Shown here one piece after another: positions 35,309-49,000 of a stretch of 64,000 nt of DNA (position 1 is its first letter; each line of letters begins with the position of its first letter). The position numbers were made by a program, and so were the translations under genes. The stretch spans positions 310,001 to 374,000 of the forward strand of contig NOWV01000030.1 of NCBI GenBank assembly GCA_003344405.1, written 5' to 3'. The stretch is from Trichoplax sp. H2 (Eukaryota). The notes under the pieces are model-generated. The model worked only from the letters and a program-made list of their open reading frames with translations. It did no database searches and had not been told where the DNA came from.

Positions 35309-38300
35309 ATGCTACCCTTGTTTACCTCTACTGGTCGACCCTATTTACGTGTATACTTCCAAATTCACCTTGCAAGTTTATCCAGGTTGCGATTACTATC
35401 CAACTCGATAATCGCTATGCCCATTGAATTTCTAGCTGAATATGATCGTAGCGGTCGTGCCAGTTGTAAAGGATGCAAACAAAAACTAGAAAAGAAAGCT
35501 TTACGTATTGCTAAAGTTGTAGAAAACCCTTTTGGAGATACAGGGGAGACCATGAAACAATGGCATCACCCGAAATGCATCTTTAATTCCTTCATAAGAG
35601 CAAGACCAGCTACAAAAATTATTCAAACTGTGGCAGATATTGATGGATACGATGACTTGGAGGATGATGATCAAGAATCAGTGTCACAAATGATAACCGG
35701 TAAGTTATTCTGTAAATCTTGTATTATACAAGTATTGTTTGCTGTAGAATACAATCTCGAATTTTTTTCCTCGAGATATTTACTGTACTGTACTGTATAT
35801 GTACAAGAGTACAAAGTACTCTGCATTGGTTATAATTAATCAATAAATAATGTTTATATAATCGAATACAACAACTAGATTGCTTGAAAGAGCGTGGTAA
35901 TAAACAATCGAAAAAGAAAATGGTTCAACAATCTATACCCTTTGCTAAAGGTATCCTCCTGCATTCATTTATCTACTTGCAACCATTTATTAATGAGCAA
36001 TTTTTATTAGCTAAACGATTACCTACAGTTATTCGATTGATAGATAGATATTTTTATTATATCTTACATCTTTATATATATACAGTGCTGTACTGTTCAG
36101 TAATAGATTTTCAATAGTTTGTTTTGACTATGATTATCAATTGATCGATACTCTTGATAATTATTTGGAGAGTAGCAGGTCCTTCAGGTTTCAGTAAGCC
36201 TAATTCGGGCTGGAATAATTCCAAAAAAGCGTATCATAGCTCAACTTCCAATAATAACAATAGCCAAGATGACAATTCCTTCCAGCTCTTTACAAGTTTG
36301 TGCGATAAAATCGGCAACGTTGGTAGTTATTTAGCCAAGACTAAAGTTGTTGCAGATCTGCTAAAAATGGGCAGTAACGGAAGTAAGTAAACTATTGAAT
36401 TTATTGAATTTACTTCTAATACCAATATCTATCATTTCTTATAATAGATTAATAAAAATGACAGGTTCAATTTTTATTCTTTATTGGCATCCATTTATAT
36501 GATACTGTTAAAGTACAGTGTAATACCGGCTTATAAAATATCACTACTCTTGTTGACGCAATAGTAATGTATAGCTCATGGATTCAATGCCAATAATTTT
36601 ATTCATTTTTTGGGATAGATGGCTATGAAGGAGATATTTATTTACTTATGAAGCTTTTACTACCTGGTATTGAAAAACGTGTTTACAACTTGCAGAGCAG
36701 ACAATTAATCAAGCTTTTTAGCCAGGTAACTTTACCTATAACATAGTTGATTTCGGATTAAACCTAAACCACTTCATATGCGTAAATCATGAATCCTATT
36801 TATTGATTACAAATCTTTTAGATATTTGTATGTGATTACGACGAAATGCTCGAGGATTTAGATAAGGTAGAATATACATCTATCTCTGGACAGAATTATT
36901 AATTACGTCAATGATACAAGGAATTTATTTTCATCTAGGGAGACGTTGCCGAAACAATTACGGATTTCTTTGCCAACAATACGGCTGTAGCGCCGTTAAA
37001 TCGAAGTCTTTTAACTATGCAAGAGGTAGATTCAGCTAGCAAATTTTAATGCCATGTAGCCCAATATTAATTAATATCATGTATATCCTGAATGAATCGT
37101 AATTGTACTCCAGGTTGACGATCTATTAGATGAATTGAGTAACGTAACTAAAGAAGATATGCAACTTAAAGTGTTGAAAAAAATTGCAAGAAGGTATAAT
37201 TTCAGATGCTTCAAGAAAATTTAGCTAGGAAGATCCAAATTTATTCTAGTTTTGTACTCGTTATAGATGTACTACAGAAGACTTAAGGTACATTATTAGG
37301 CTTATCAAACATGATCTAAGAATCAACGCTGGCTCTAGGCATATGTAAGCATAATAGTACAATATTCGTATCTATAGGACATTGTTAGATAATCTGTGCT
37401 GGTTCTGATTTAAAAGTCTCTTAAAAAGTGATATACAATCTTCTTATACGGCTTATTATGTTAATGTTCCTTTAATTAATTGCATTTCTCCTTCCGGTAT
37501 CGATATCTTGTATAGATTGGATGCTCTTGATAAGAATGCTCATGCAGCATATCAAGCTTCCAGTGATTTACGTGATGTTGTAGATCGATGTTTAGCACGA
37601 AAGACTGATAGGAATAATGATGATGACGATGGAGCACCAAAATTGAAACGAGATCTTAGTATACGCGCTTCTTTAATGACTCCTGTCAGGCCGATGTTGG
37701 TTAGATGCTTTATTTTGTGATGGATAAATAAAATAAATAGAGAATTAATACGATACAAGATAGTATTAATTGTATGCTACTAACTACCACAGGCAGAAGC
37801 ATGTAAATCGATCAATACTGCAATCAAAAAATGTCCAAAAGGAATGTTTGCCGAGATCAAATATGATGGCGAAAGAGTACAGGTATTCTTGTTATATATT
37901 TAATTGTAAATTAATAGATAGATCAATTTCTATGTGCATTGGAATATATTTTGTGTTTCCCTTCTACGCTATACGAGATTATGCAAATTAACGAAGAGAA
38001 ACAACATGTATCTATACTTTACTGTAAAGACTGTCGGCAGTGACAAATATTTATTAACGGTAATTCGCAAATGCCAATGCAGATTCACAAAAACGGACAA
38101 CAATTTGAATATTACAGTCGAAGCTTGAAACAAGTTATGCCACACAAGGTATAATTAAGAGCGATCATATGAGTGGGAATAGGAATTATATTGACGGATG
38201 ATAATATCTTGTAAACTAGGTTAAGGACATAAAACAATATCTGCCGCAAGCATGTCCGCATGGTAATAGTATCATCCTGGACAGTGAGGTAGATATGCTA

Positions 38301-41181
38301 AGGAAATCCTTTCATTTCTAAATCATAAAAGTATATGCTATCTTTCATTAATAAGCTGACTGTAATATTGACCAAATGCACTTATTAATTATTAAGGTAT
38401 TACTAGTCGATAAAACTGGCAAGCCTTTACCATTTGGGACTCTTGGAGTTCACAAGGTTTTTTATCCAATTTGCAGACGTAACTTGTATGTCCTTAATGA
38501 AGTTACTTCTTATTACCTAACTGTCATGATGCATTAATCTTAGAAACAAAATTTTTCGGACGCTACCGTTTGCTTGTTTATTTTCGACTGCCTGCATTTC
38601 AATGGTAAAGATTTGATGCAAACGTAAGTTTAATATTCTTTCTTCGATTAACTTCATAAAAATACAATTATCAATAGTGGATTACTTCTTAGTAGCTATT
38701 ACTGAAATTAAGTTTACTTTCAGCTCCATCATCGATAGACGGAAGATATTAGAAAGCAATGTCCAGGAGATTCCTGGTCGGATAATGTTATCAGAGAAGA
38801 AACTTGTTCAAAAGGAAAATGAACTTACGGGATTAGTTTCACGAGTAATTAGAGAGGGCTTGGAAGGTCTTGTATTAAAAGATGTGGAGGTAATAAGCTA
38901 TTGTTGTCTGTGGGGATAATTGTTGATGTTTCTATCGAATGAATACGAGTAAAGTTTTCTAATATCGTTTTTAAATCTAGAGCGTATATGAACCAGGAAA
39001 GAGACATTGGCTAAAGGTAACATTGAAACCAACTAATAATTCTTTAACATCCCGTCAAAGATGAATTTTTAATTACATGAGTATCTATTTTAGATATTGT
39101 AAAAACTTTGAGCCCGATCTAATAATGTAGAAGTAATAGATTATATATTAATGTTGACAGATAAAAAAGGATTACCTAGCTGAAGGAAGTATGGCAGATA
39201 GTGCCGATCTTGTTGTGCTTGGAGCATACTACGGTACCGGAAATAAAGGTAGGTCGCTATAAATCTATTTATTAATTTTATAAATGCAACTCTTCCTCCT
39301 TGCATAATCATCATTATGACTGTAGTGTATATTAAAACTATTACATTTTAAAATTCAACATTTAACATCATTATATGTAATATCATCGCTGCCTGACTTC
39401 AGGTGGAGTTATGTCGGTCTTCTTGATGGGTACATATGATGAAAGATCTGGTCGTTGGCGTACCGTTGCCAAATGCGGTAATGGCCATGATGACAAAACT
39501 TTGGATAAAATTAACAAAGAACTAAGCGTTGTTAAAATAAGCAAGGTAAATCTGATTACTTACGATTATACTGTACGTGCTCATATGATCTGTATTGATG
39601 AATACATCTGTATAATATTAGCTCTGGATTAAAAATATATTTGCTAAACCTTCAATAAATGGCTTTACAATAGGATTTTTCGAAGGTTCCTGGCTGGTTA
39701 AATGTTCATCGTAGCTTGGTTCCTGATTTTATTGTAACTGATCCCAAGGTAATAACGCGATTGTCGGTTGTGCTACCATATTTTTACAGTTAGTAATAAG
39801 AACTGTACCTAATGGTTGTAACATTGTCATTGTTTTTCAAACTTGTTAGACAGCGCCCGTATGGGAAATTACTGGTGCTGAATTTAGTCAGTCTACTGTT
39901 CATACAGCTGACGGTATTTCTATTCGCTTTCCACGAGTTACGAGGATTCGCGATGATAAAGATTGGACAAATGCTACCAATTTAGATCGCTTAAAGGTTA
40001 AAATAATACTAATGATAATGGCAATTCTATTGCGTGTAAGATTTACAACATCACTCTAGAACTTTTCGTCATTTCTACTATAGACGTTGTACGAAAATTC
40101 CAAAGATGCTTCAGGTACTTAGATTTTACTTCGTATATTTAGCCATAATTATATAATGAAATCTGAACTGAAATTGCGGCTCTTTATAGATATTGCAGAT
40201 TCTTTACTTGGTGTTAAGAAAGAAGTGGATGATGAAGGAGAATGCAGTAGCAGTAGTAGTCCCGATAAAACGGTTACCAGAAAGCGTAAAGTAGAAGAGT
40301 TAGAGAAAGAAAAAACTACTATAGCTGATAATAAGGTATTATTTAAAATATTGTTGAAATATGAATGTCTTACTAAATCTATAATTACCCTGTATTTGCT
40401 ATTTTGCAACATAAACATAATATCATGCGGTGATCGATAGACTGTTTCATCTTAATGAATACAGGTGATATCTAAAATACCTTGCAAGTATGGTCCTAAT
40501 TGCTATAGGAAGAATGGTGAACATCTAGCCAATTACAGCCATAATAAGGTAATTTTCATAGGATATTGGCATGTCAACGACGTTCTTGGTTTATGATGAA
40601 ATATTTTAAATTCGAATCATTGTAATTTTTTAAGGAGAATGGTAATAGTTCTCCAAATGCCTGTGGATCACAGATTAAACAGGTATCATTAACTGTATAA
40701 TTGAAGTGGTAGAAGCCTACAAATTATAACCTTCTAATATTGTTATTCAGGGTTTACCCAATTTTTTCCACGGATTGAAATTTGTCATTTCAAGTGATGT
40801 CCCCCATCAGCGTAACATTACGCGTCATATCATTGCGTATCCTTTATTATATTTATATTACTACAGGCCGTACTTGCGATTCTTTATTAAAAACGTCAAT
40901 GATGGCAGTTTCTTTAACAGTATTGAAATAAAGCTTTGATGGAGATGTTTTAGATGAATTTAAAGAAGACCAAGCTGACCACATTATTGTGAATAGCAAT
41001 CGTAATAAAAAGGTAAATCATATACAGTAAGGACGATACCTAACATCAATGAATAATACAAAATATATTCTTGTGACCAAAAATAACTCTTTCTTGGTAT
41101 TTGTTTGAATAGGATGATTCGTCTAAGTATATGACCGCATCAGAATTTTGGGACTTTTATAAGAAATCGAAACAATCTTAA
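35309..41181 (+). CDS. LIG3: DNA ligase III (upstream ATG 35309 presequence; main ATG 35417; zf-PARP, DBD, adenylation, OB, PBZ, BRCT); multi-exon
   Basis: zf-PARP AEYDRSGRASCKGC...WHHPKC; catalytic AEIKYDGERVQIHK; EGLEGLVLKD; YEPGKRHWLKIKKDYL; ADLVVLGAYYGTG; SIRFPRVTRIRDDKDW; BRCT LPIFFHGLKF...IIAFDGDV; stop TAA 41179-41181. Confidence 0.96.
40837..40933 (+). other. U12-type (minor spliceosome) GT-AG intron in the LIG3 BRCT region
   Basis: Donor GTATCCTTT; branch-site-like TTTCTTTAAC (40909-40918) about 15 nt before AAG; no pyrimidine tract. Splicing restores I-A-F-D-G-D. Confidence 0.85.
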
Positions 41182-43051
41182 TAACCATCTCGTTATTAAC
41201 TGATCGTTTATTTTAACAATGTATGTAGCTTATAACGAATTTGTAATGGTCAATGCGCTAATGAATTGTTGTCCAAAATTTTGATTATTATAAATGTAAC
41301 CTTACCGGTACTGTATTCTTATGGGTGTTCTATTTACGGGAATATATGTAGATAGTACCATATTACTTGCCTTTCCAGGTATCTGTCGATAATTGATCAT
41401 GGATTAGGAGAAAACTATTCTTACTCAGATCCAAGTCATTAAATTGATTTTTAAGCCAGGATTAAACGAATGCTATAAAAGTCAATACAAATTGACAGTT
41501 AGCACTAAATATGCTATGTTGTAGACGACGCTAACATGGAGTTGTAGTGAAATTTTATCTATAATTAGTTAAGTATAGCGACTATAGACTTTCTGTTACT
41601 GTAATATAGGTATTTCTGACTGAAATTTATTCTGATTTTTGCTATCTTTGCATGTTTTATTCTATTGCGATATTGCGTTATTATTCCTATGTATCAGTAA
41701 TGATTAATCATAGAATAAAGAATATCTTGTTATTTGAGTGTAAATTTTGAAGTAGTCCAAGTTTTGTGAGAATGCTCGAATATTTACCGGGTCCTTGGAC
41801 GCAATATTAGATAAGCCCTGTAGCTCTCACAGAATGAGTTGTCCTGATTTAACTTCTTGATCAGAATCATGAGAGTATCACATTTTATGCTCATTTTTAG
41901 AGTTGATAGGCTAAGATCTGCCATTGTTTACTGGGTAATTTGCCCGTTATAGTTTCAATTCTTACTGCTAATGCACAACGAAGACTCCGTACACTATTAC
42001 TGACATCTTACGTGCGATTGCTGCTAGAATACTTGCGACGTGTAACAATAGGCAGTCTTAAATGTGCTATATATTGTTTAAGTTAATCTAGCGTTCATCA
42101 GAAATAAATTTGAAATAGATAGGAAAGATTTCATGGATCCTATATAAACATTTAAAACATTTAATCAAATCTTGAATTTCTCAAAATCAAACATCAATTT
42201 TTCGAAGGCTTTCTTGAAATACATATAGCATACTTACACCAATCAAAAACTAAATGCGCTAATATTACGGATAGTAATTAAAATTAACATGTGACACTAC
42301 AGTAATCAATTATTCTATTAGACTGGCACGCGTTATAGTAGTGTTAGTAAATATATGTATCTTGTCTTACGCGTATGCCTAGCCACATTATCATTATTCG
42401 CTTTCACTAGTAAACGACTTAGAAGCGTACTAGAATGAGCTATTTTGTGGATAAACGGCATTTAATATACTGGCAATCACCATTCATCGGGAAATTTTTT
42501 ACCGACGGTTATCGACAATTGGGCAATTGTCTGAGATAAACGTGAGTTACATCTGCGTTGGCTTATCAGAAATAATTTTATAATTGATATTTTAACGAAC
42601 AAAATCGATTGCGTTATGTACTATCTTACATGCTTATAACAATGTATCAATCTTAAGCTTAATTCATTTAACATAGTCGATTTTTGTTGTCGTTGATCAC
42701 TGGATGGAAATAACAGAACAGAACTGTACTACGTATTTTTAAATAATTTTTGCAACATTCTTTATAGCATCATACTAGATAGCTACTTAAGAAAAGAAAT
42801 AATGACGGGTTAAAGCGTGATAAATTGGCTAGTCAATAAAGGTATTACGAATACAGTTAACAGATAATCCGGCAGTAAGTACACTGATTTACCTGCATCA
42901 GTATTTAAACAATAATAGCAGCAAAAAACAACGTAGATAGTGAAAACACAATATAGGTAATACACTTATACTACATAATGAGTCGTAGCAAGTGAGTGTT
43001 AATAATCACTACAGTATCAAGTTATATATATATATACATGGGTGATGATGT

Positions 43052-46000
43052 TCAATTAGTAGAATTGTTTCTATTTAGCATACGATGAACCATAGTATCC
43101 ATAACATGAAAGAATTTTTGATCACTTGAGTCAGCAAATCTCACTGCAAGTTTACGAGGAGACTGTCCACTACTGTTAGTCATCCAGGTCTTACTATTAT
43201 TTACACTGTCGTCTTTATTGGGTGTAGTAGAAAATGATAATGATAAATTATTATTTGATGATGACATTGAAACGTCCGGATGTCGAGGAGAAGAATGAGA
43301 TCCTCCACGAGTGAAATAACGGCTGACTCCGTTCAGGAAATTTCCCTAAAATGGAAGATAATACGAATAAAACAGTATAACAACTCATAATGTATAATTA
43401 TACAGGGCTAACGTAATTTACCAATTCAGTACTGAGTTCCCATCGTAACATTTGTTTATCATTATGTGATACATCTGAATGACATAAATATAGAAGGGCT
43501 TGCGATAATATTAGTACTTGACAATTTTCCAAAATATATAAAAGTGCAGACCTAATAGCAGAAAGTATAGCTTAGGGACTTAGAAATTTGTAAGCAGCGG
43601 TATTTACGTTTCAATTAGGAATATTGAAATTTTCAGATTGATATTATACCTTAATTTGGATTTATGAGACACATCAACGCTTACTGACGAATTTAAATTC
43701 TGATTAGTGGGTGATTTTAATAATGTGGACCGATGATACTCAAGCTGTAAGAATATCAATGCACAGTATTACCATCTACATTATTCGACGCATAAATTAT
43801 ATGTGTTTCCAACAGAATTCTTAGATATGTCTATATTTAGCATCTTCGATAATACCTTATTCAATAGTGTTAGAGCCATAGTTTGACAAGCTAGCATTGC
43901 TCCAAATGATACAGGGCCATCGTCTTCTGCCGCAGGTGCATTATATGATAATAATAACATTGGCTTACGGTCTAATTGTTCAATGTTCTACAAGATAATA
44001 AAATTTTGTGTGGTCATCGATCACGAGGAACAAGTGCACTATGACAAGAATATAACTGACATTTTCTGTTACTAGGTATGTTAAATCCGGAGAAAATTGT
44101 CTCAGAGCGGATAGTCCTTTACACAGTATATTCACGAGGCTGGTAAATATATGGAGGAAGCAAGTAAACGACCGATAAAGCATTATGACCGCGATTTGCA
44201 TATGGTTAATAAAATTTTATATACCAGATCTGAACTTTTTCAAATAAAGGCCGGATTTCTGGTGATATTTGATCTTCATCAGGTTCTTTCGAGAAAGAGA
44301 CAGTCTTTAAATTTGTGGAAATTGGTATATGGTGAATAGATGTTCCAGGTTTCTTTTCGGGTGAACTATGCTGTAATAAATTCGTTAATAATTATAATGA
44401 TTTACGTTAGATATTTTATAAATTGCTGCAGGCGTTTTTAAGGACCAGGGTAGCAAATAGTTGACAATACCTTAACCATATGATGTAGTAATTGCGATCT
44501 ACTCAGTAAGATTGTACAGCTTCGACACAATGACATGATAGAAATCTTTACGATAAAGAAAAATATTTATATTAGAACTGAATATAGTTTTAATCTTTAT
44601 CGCTAGAAAATTACCTGCATTCTGTTGAAAACAATCGGTAAATCAAATTGCCATTTATTTTCGAAATGAGCTAGTTGAAAGAGAAAGTTCATTATTTCTT
44701 CAGCTTCTTCCAGGCATTCTAATGATTGATTGTAGCGTACGCTAGCCAAAACCTGTTCGAATATAAAAAAATATGCCTACTTTAATCGCATATGGCTGGG
44801 TTTGCGTTGTTGCTATTACGCTAATGATCAAAATTTATGTATGGATAATGAATTGTAAATTCGTAACCTTCTCCATTCTCTCATAGTGAACGCCAACGAA
44901 ATTAAAAGCATCTGCTAGGAAGCTATGGCGTGATATTCCAAGGAGTATACTCATCAGAGATATTCCTAATCTCCACGTGCGGCGCCATTCTGATTTGTTG
45001 TTGGGTTTCTTTTTCACTTTCTGTAGTAACATAATTAGACGCAATAAAGTATATTTATTCTTTATCAGGAAAATAATTACGAATTCAGCTTGTACGTACA
45101 GTTTCACTAGCATACACGCTGGCATCTTTCTTGGAAGACCATGAATCGATTATTGGTAAAGTATAGTTTTGTGGAAAATCTAAACATAGATACTTGCTAA
45201 CGCCATTTAAAACTAAGGATTCTGCAGCCTATGCACAAAATCGAAATTTAATGTAAGAGCAATACGAACAGAGATTGGGAAACAATATCGCTTTAGAAAT
45301 ACCGTCGGGGTTTTCTTCGTCATTTGAATGAAAAGACAAAGTGCTGCTTCAATCAGTTCTGCGCCATCATCCCGCTAATGAATCAAAGCGCAAAATTATA
45401 GTTGAAGATATTAACTATAATGACACACAACGCCCGAGCACTTACGTAATGATATAATATAGCGAAGTACAGTGATGAAATATCAAACCTGAAAACTAAT
45501 TTCCATGAATTTTAACAGAGTTTGTACAACATTGTATTCGATTAATGTGGGTAGCAGCACTTCTAAATTCTGATGCAATTGTATAATTTCGCACAGGAGG
45601 TATGTCGACGTTATAGGTAGCTTCAGTAGATAAAAACTATGAATTACGTTCTTGTCGTTTGTACGTTCATACAACAAAGCTGAAATAGTAATATTACTAG
45701 TTACGGCTTACTTTGCTTTTCTTCGTCTTTGCTTTATCAACACTTTCTTTGAATTCTTTAGAAGTAAGGATTTGTAGATTGCTTCTTGTATTTTTAATAT
45801 GATCTTTAACGATTTCTGAAATCATTGCCTTTTCTTCATTTTTATAGAATGGAGGAAAATTGTGACGCTGGATTGTTTCACATACAATATTCGTTAAGTC
45901 CAAAAATGTCACATCTCTTAGTTGACCTATATTAAGATTCAGTTAAGTAGTGAAGAAAGTAAGCTGGACATTAAAGCGGTAGGAATTTAATCTTGATGGC

Positions 46001-49000
46001 TTACTATTTTTGCTATTTCGAACAGCTTGAAATAACTTTATTAGAGCAGTGAATATCTGTGGCTTAATAACGTCTGGCAGGCTAACATCTGCTTTTATTG
46101 CATGCAGTAAGACTGAAGCCAACTTCTCAATAAACAACTCTGTTGATTTCCCTAAATGACTATAAAATCGGCCATTAGTAAATTAATGATGCGAGCTTAG
46201 GCTAATTGCTTAAGAAAGATCCAGTTTGTATTCATAATTTCAATATAACAATTTTTTAAATTTTAATATAGTTGTTCGATCATTGATCTTACCTAGACCA
46301 CAAGTTTATCAAAATATCCAGTAAACATGAAAGTTCGTACACAATCGATAGGTATGAGCTGCTGGATTCTCTAGTTAACTATCAAAAATAGAATTTATTA
46401 ATCTTGTGCATAGTCTACATTTAAGTGCTGACTCGAATTTACCTGATAATCTAGGCATTCAATTATTTTATTCAAGGTATCTAGTTTTGCACTATCGTTG
46501 ATTTCAATTCCGTCAACCTGTTACAAACGAAATCCATTGACAGTTATACATTAAAAGCAATACAATTTTATAAGATATTGAGTTATTACTGTAATTATCT
46601 TTACAACGGATTAAATTGTGAATCAATTAAAATACCTTCGAAATTATAATAGTGAATGTCCTCCAACATTTCAATAACGTTTGCAACTGAGACGCCTTAT
46701 CAACTTCGAAATCATTTAACGTCAACTCTAATTCGCCTTCACACTCTATAGTCGTGTTTGTAAGTAACTAAAGTACACATTAAGACATTTAATACATGTA
46801 GGTTAGATTTACCCGTCCATCTTAAGAACGGTAAAGGTATTGTGATGGATAAGAAGAACGGATTGAGGTACTAACGTTGCCTGCTATCAATTCCGTGCTT
46901 TTCTTAAAGGCGTCAACGAAGATACTTCTAATAGAGGTATCCATTCCAGATAATTTAGAACTTGAGAAAAGAATAATTGAGAATAGCGTTGTCAACAATA
47001 ACAATCTCCTAAATCAGTTAGAATCACAACTGGGAGTTAAAACCTGGGTAAAAGCGATAATTCTATTGCCATGATTTGCAACGTATACGCAGATGCTTTA
47101 ATATGGCAACCAATTTCCTTTACGAGAAGGTAAAGGTAAATATTTAATTATGTGTACTGCATTTACATATATATTTATATTTGTGCTCCACTTCAAAAAG
47201 TGGAACAATATTCATATTGAGCCATTTCAAATCGTTGCGTACTTCATTTGATTGTGTAGGTAACTTCTTCAATAATGCGGCTAAATACTTCCAAAAATTC
47301 GGGCTGGAAAAGAATTTTATAACAGGATTCAACATGTATTTTAAGCACTAAGGCAATATGTAATCAAAATAGCAATAATTTAATATCCTTACACGGCCCT
47401 CAAAGAATCCAAAGCGAGCACCCGATGATCCTTCCATACGTAATATAGGAGTTCCACGGATGAGCACAACAACTGGTACGATGCCGAAGGTTCGCTGCTA
47501 CCAGACGATTGCGAGGTTTCAGAATGATCACGCAGTAACTGCGTTACGAAACTTAAGCAACTCATATCATTAAACCGAACGCAACGTATTCCATTACTTT
47601 TTATCGTTTCCTAGTCATTAGCATATAGAAAAGTGTTAATTAAGTGAGTGAAATTAATTTATCGTAGTATAAGGTATTTACAATTACATTTTCTTCCGGT
47701 ACTTCCAAATTCATTAGTAATACTACCAATCCGGGTTGTGTTTGCATAATAACAATAAGTACTTCCAATATCGCTTCCTTAACTTTCAAGTCCTAACGAT
47801 TTAAGAACTCTCTTAATTTCGAGTTCGAATTAATTTAAGTTTTTAATGAGAACTACGTTATTACTATACTATTACCGTGTCTTTCATTCGTAAATGAGAG
47901 ATGAGAAGATCTCTTAAAGTTTCAGCATCATGTCCCAAATTTGCGTAAATAGACATCGGAACGTTCTTTTATAATAATCATAATTAAGAATGTCATCACA
48001 GATTACCGTTAAAAATGCAGATATTAGATAATGATATAATTGAACGATCGCAAATTATATAACTATATCTAACCAGACAAAGATTCTTAAATAAATTCAG
48101 AGCAATTGTTAAGAGTCGCGGGTTCCAGCGGCAAAACAAGTATGAAGACGTTGATAATAACAATCTGTCATGCTCTGCTTTATACAAATTACAATAAATG
48201 ATGGTTACATGAAAATTTAAAGACAACACGAAATTTATAGCGTGTGCACTTATGAAAATCAACTAACCTCCTGGAAATATGCAAGTGTCCATTTCTTTTT
48301 CGTTGCTACCTTCCCTGGTTAAGTTCGAAGATTTAGGGATCTGCGTAATAAAAATCTTAGTAGTTTATAAACTATTTGAGAAATTTTATTTATAAAGGTT
48401 TTACAAAGGTTGTTGCTAACCGATATTAATTCGTATAGGCGTAAAATAATTTTGAGGGTCGACTTTAAAATTTGAACAGGCATAACGTTCCTTTCACTGT
48501 ATAAAATGTATAAGCATATCTTACATTGTGACCAAATAGTAGAATCTAAGGCATTAACAGAAGATTTTAATACCTGGGTTGATAACTACGAACCATGCTA
48601 GTGCCGGCAGATAAAATGTTTACCAGTTTAACTAGACAATTATCGCATTTTCGTACAGTTTGAAGAAAATAACTACTTAAAGTCGTTAAATTATTAAAAA
48701 TTGATGATTTCATTTCAAGATCAGAGTGGAGAGCAATTTCAATAATTTCCAGGCATAACAAACCTATCCAGCAATTCAAATAATGGTTTGAGATGTTACA
48801 TTTTTGTTCAGTACTACAACGTCATAAATTATTTGCCTATCACTTAATCGGACAAAAGGTTACCAATTTGTTCTTGCTCCCTCGGATCGCTGAAATTCCA
48901 ACGATGTAAATCCGTAAAAATATGAATTACTACAAAATTAATTGTGGCTAATAAATCGGTTTGGAAATTGAATGTGTGATCTTTTAGATTGCTATTTCCC

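Noticed and set aside
35951..36178. Second U12 intron in LIG3 (donor GTATCCTC)
   Set aside because: The donor deviates from GTATCCTT and I see no TCCTTAAC-like branch site near the acceptor.
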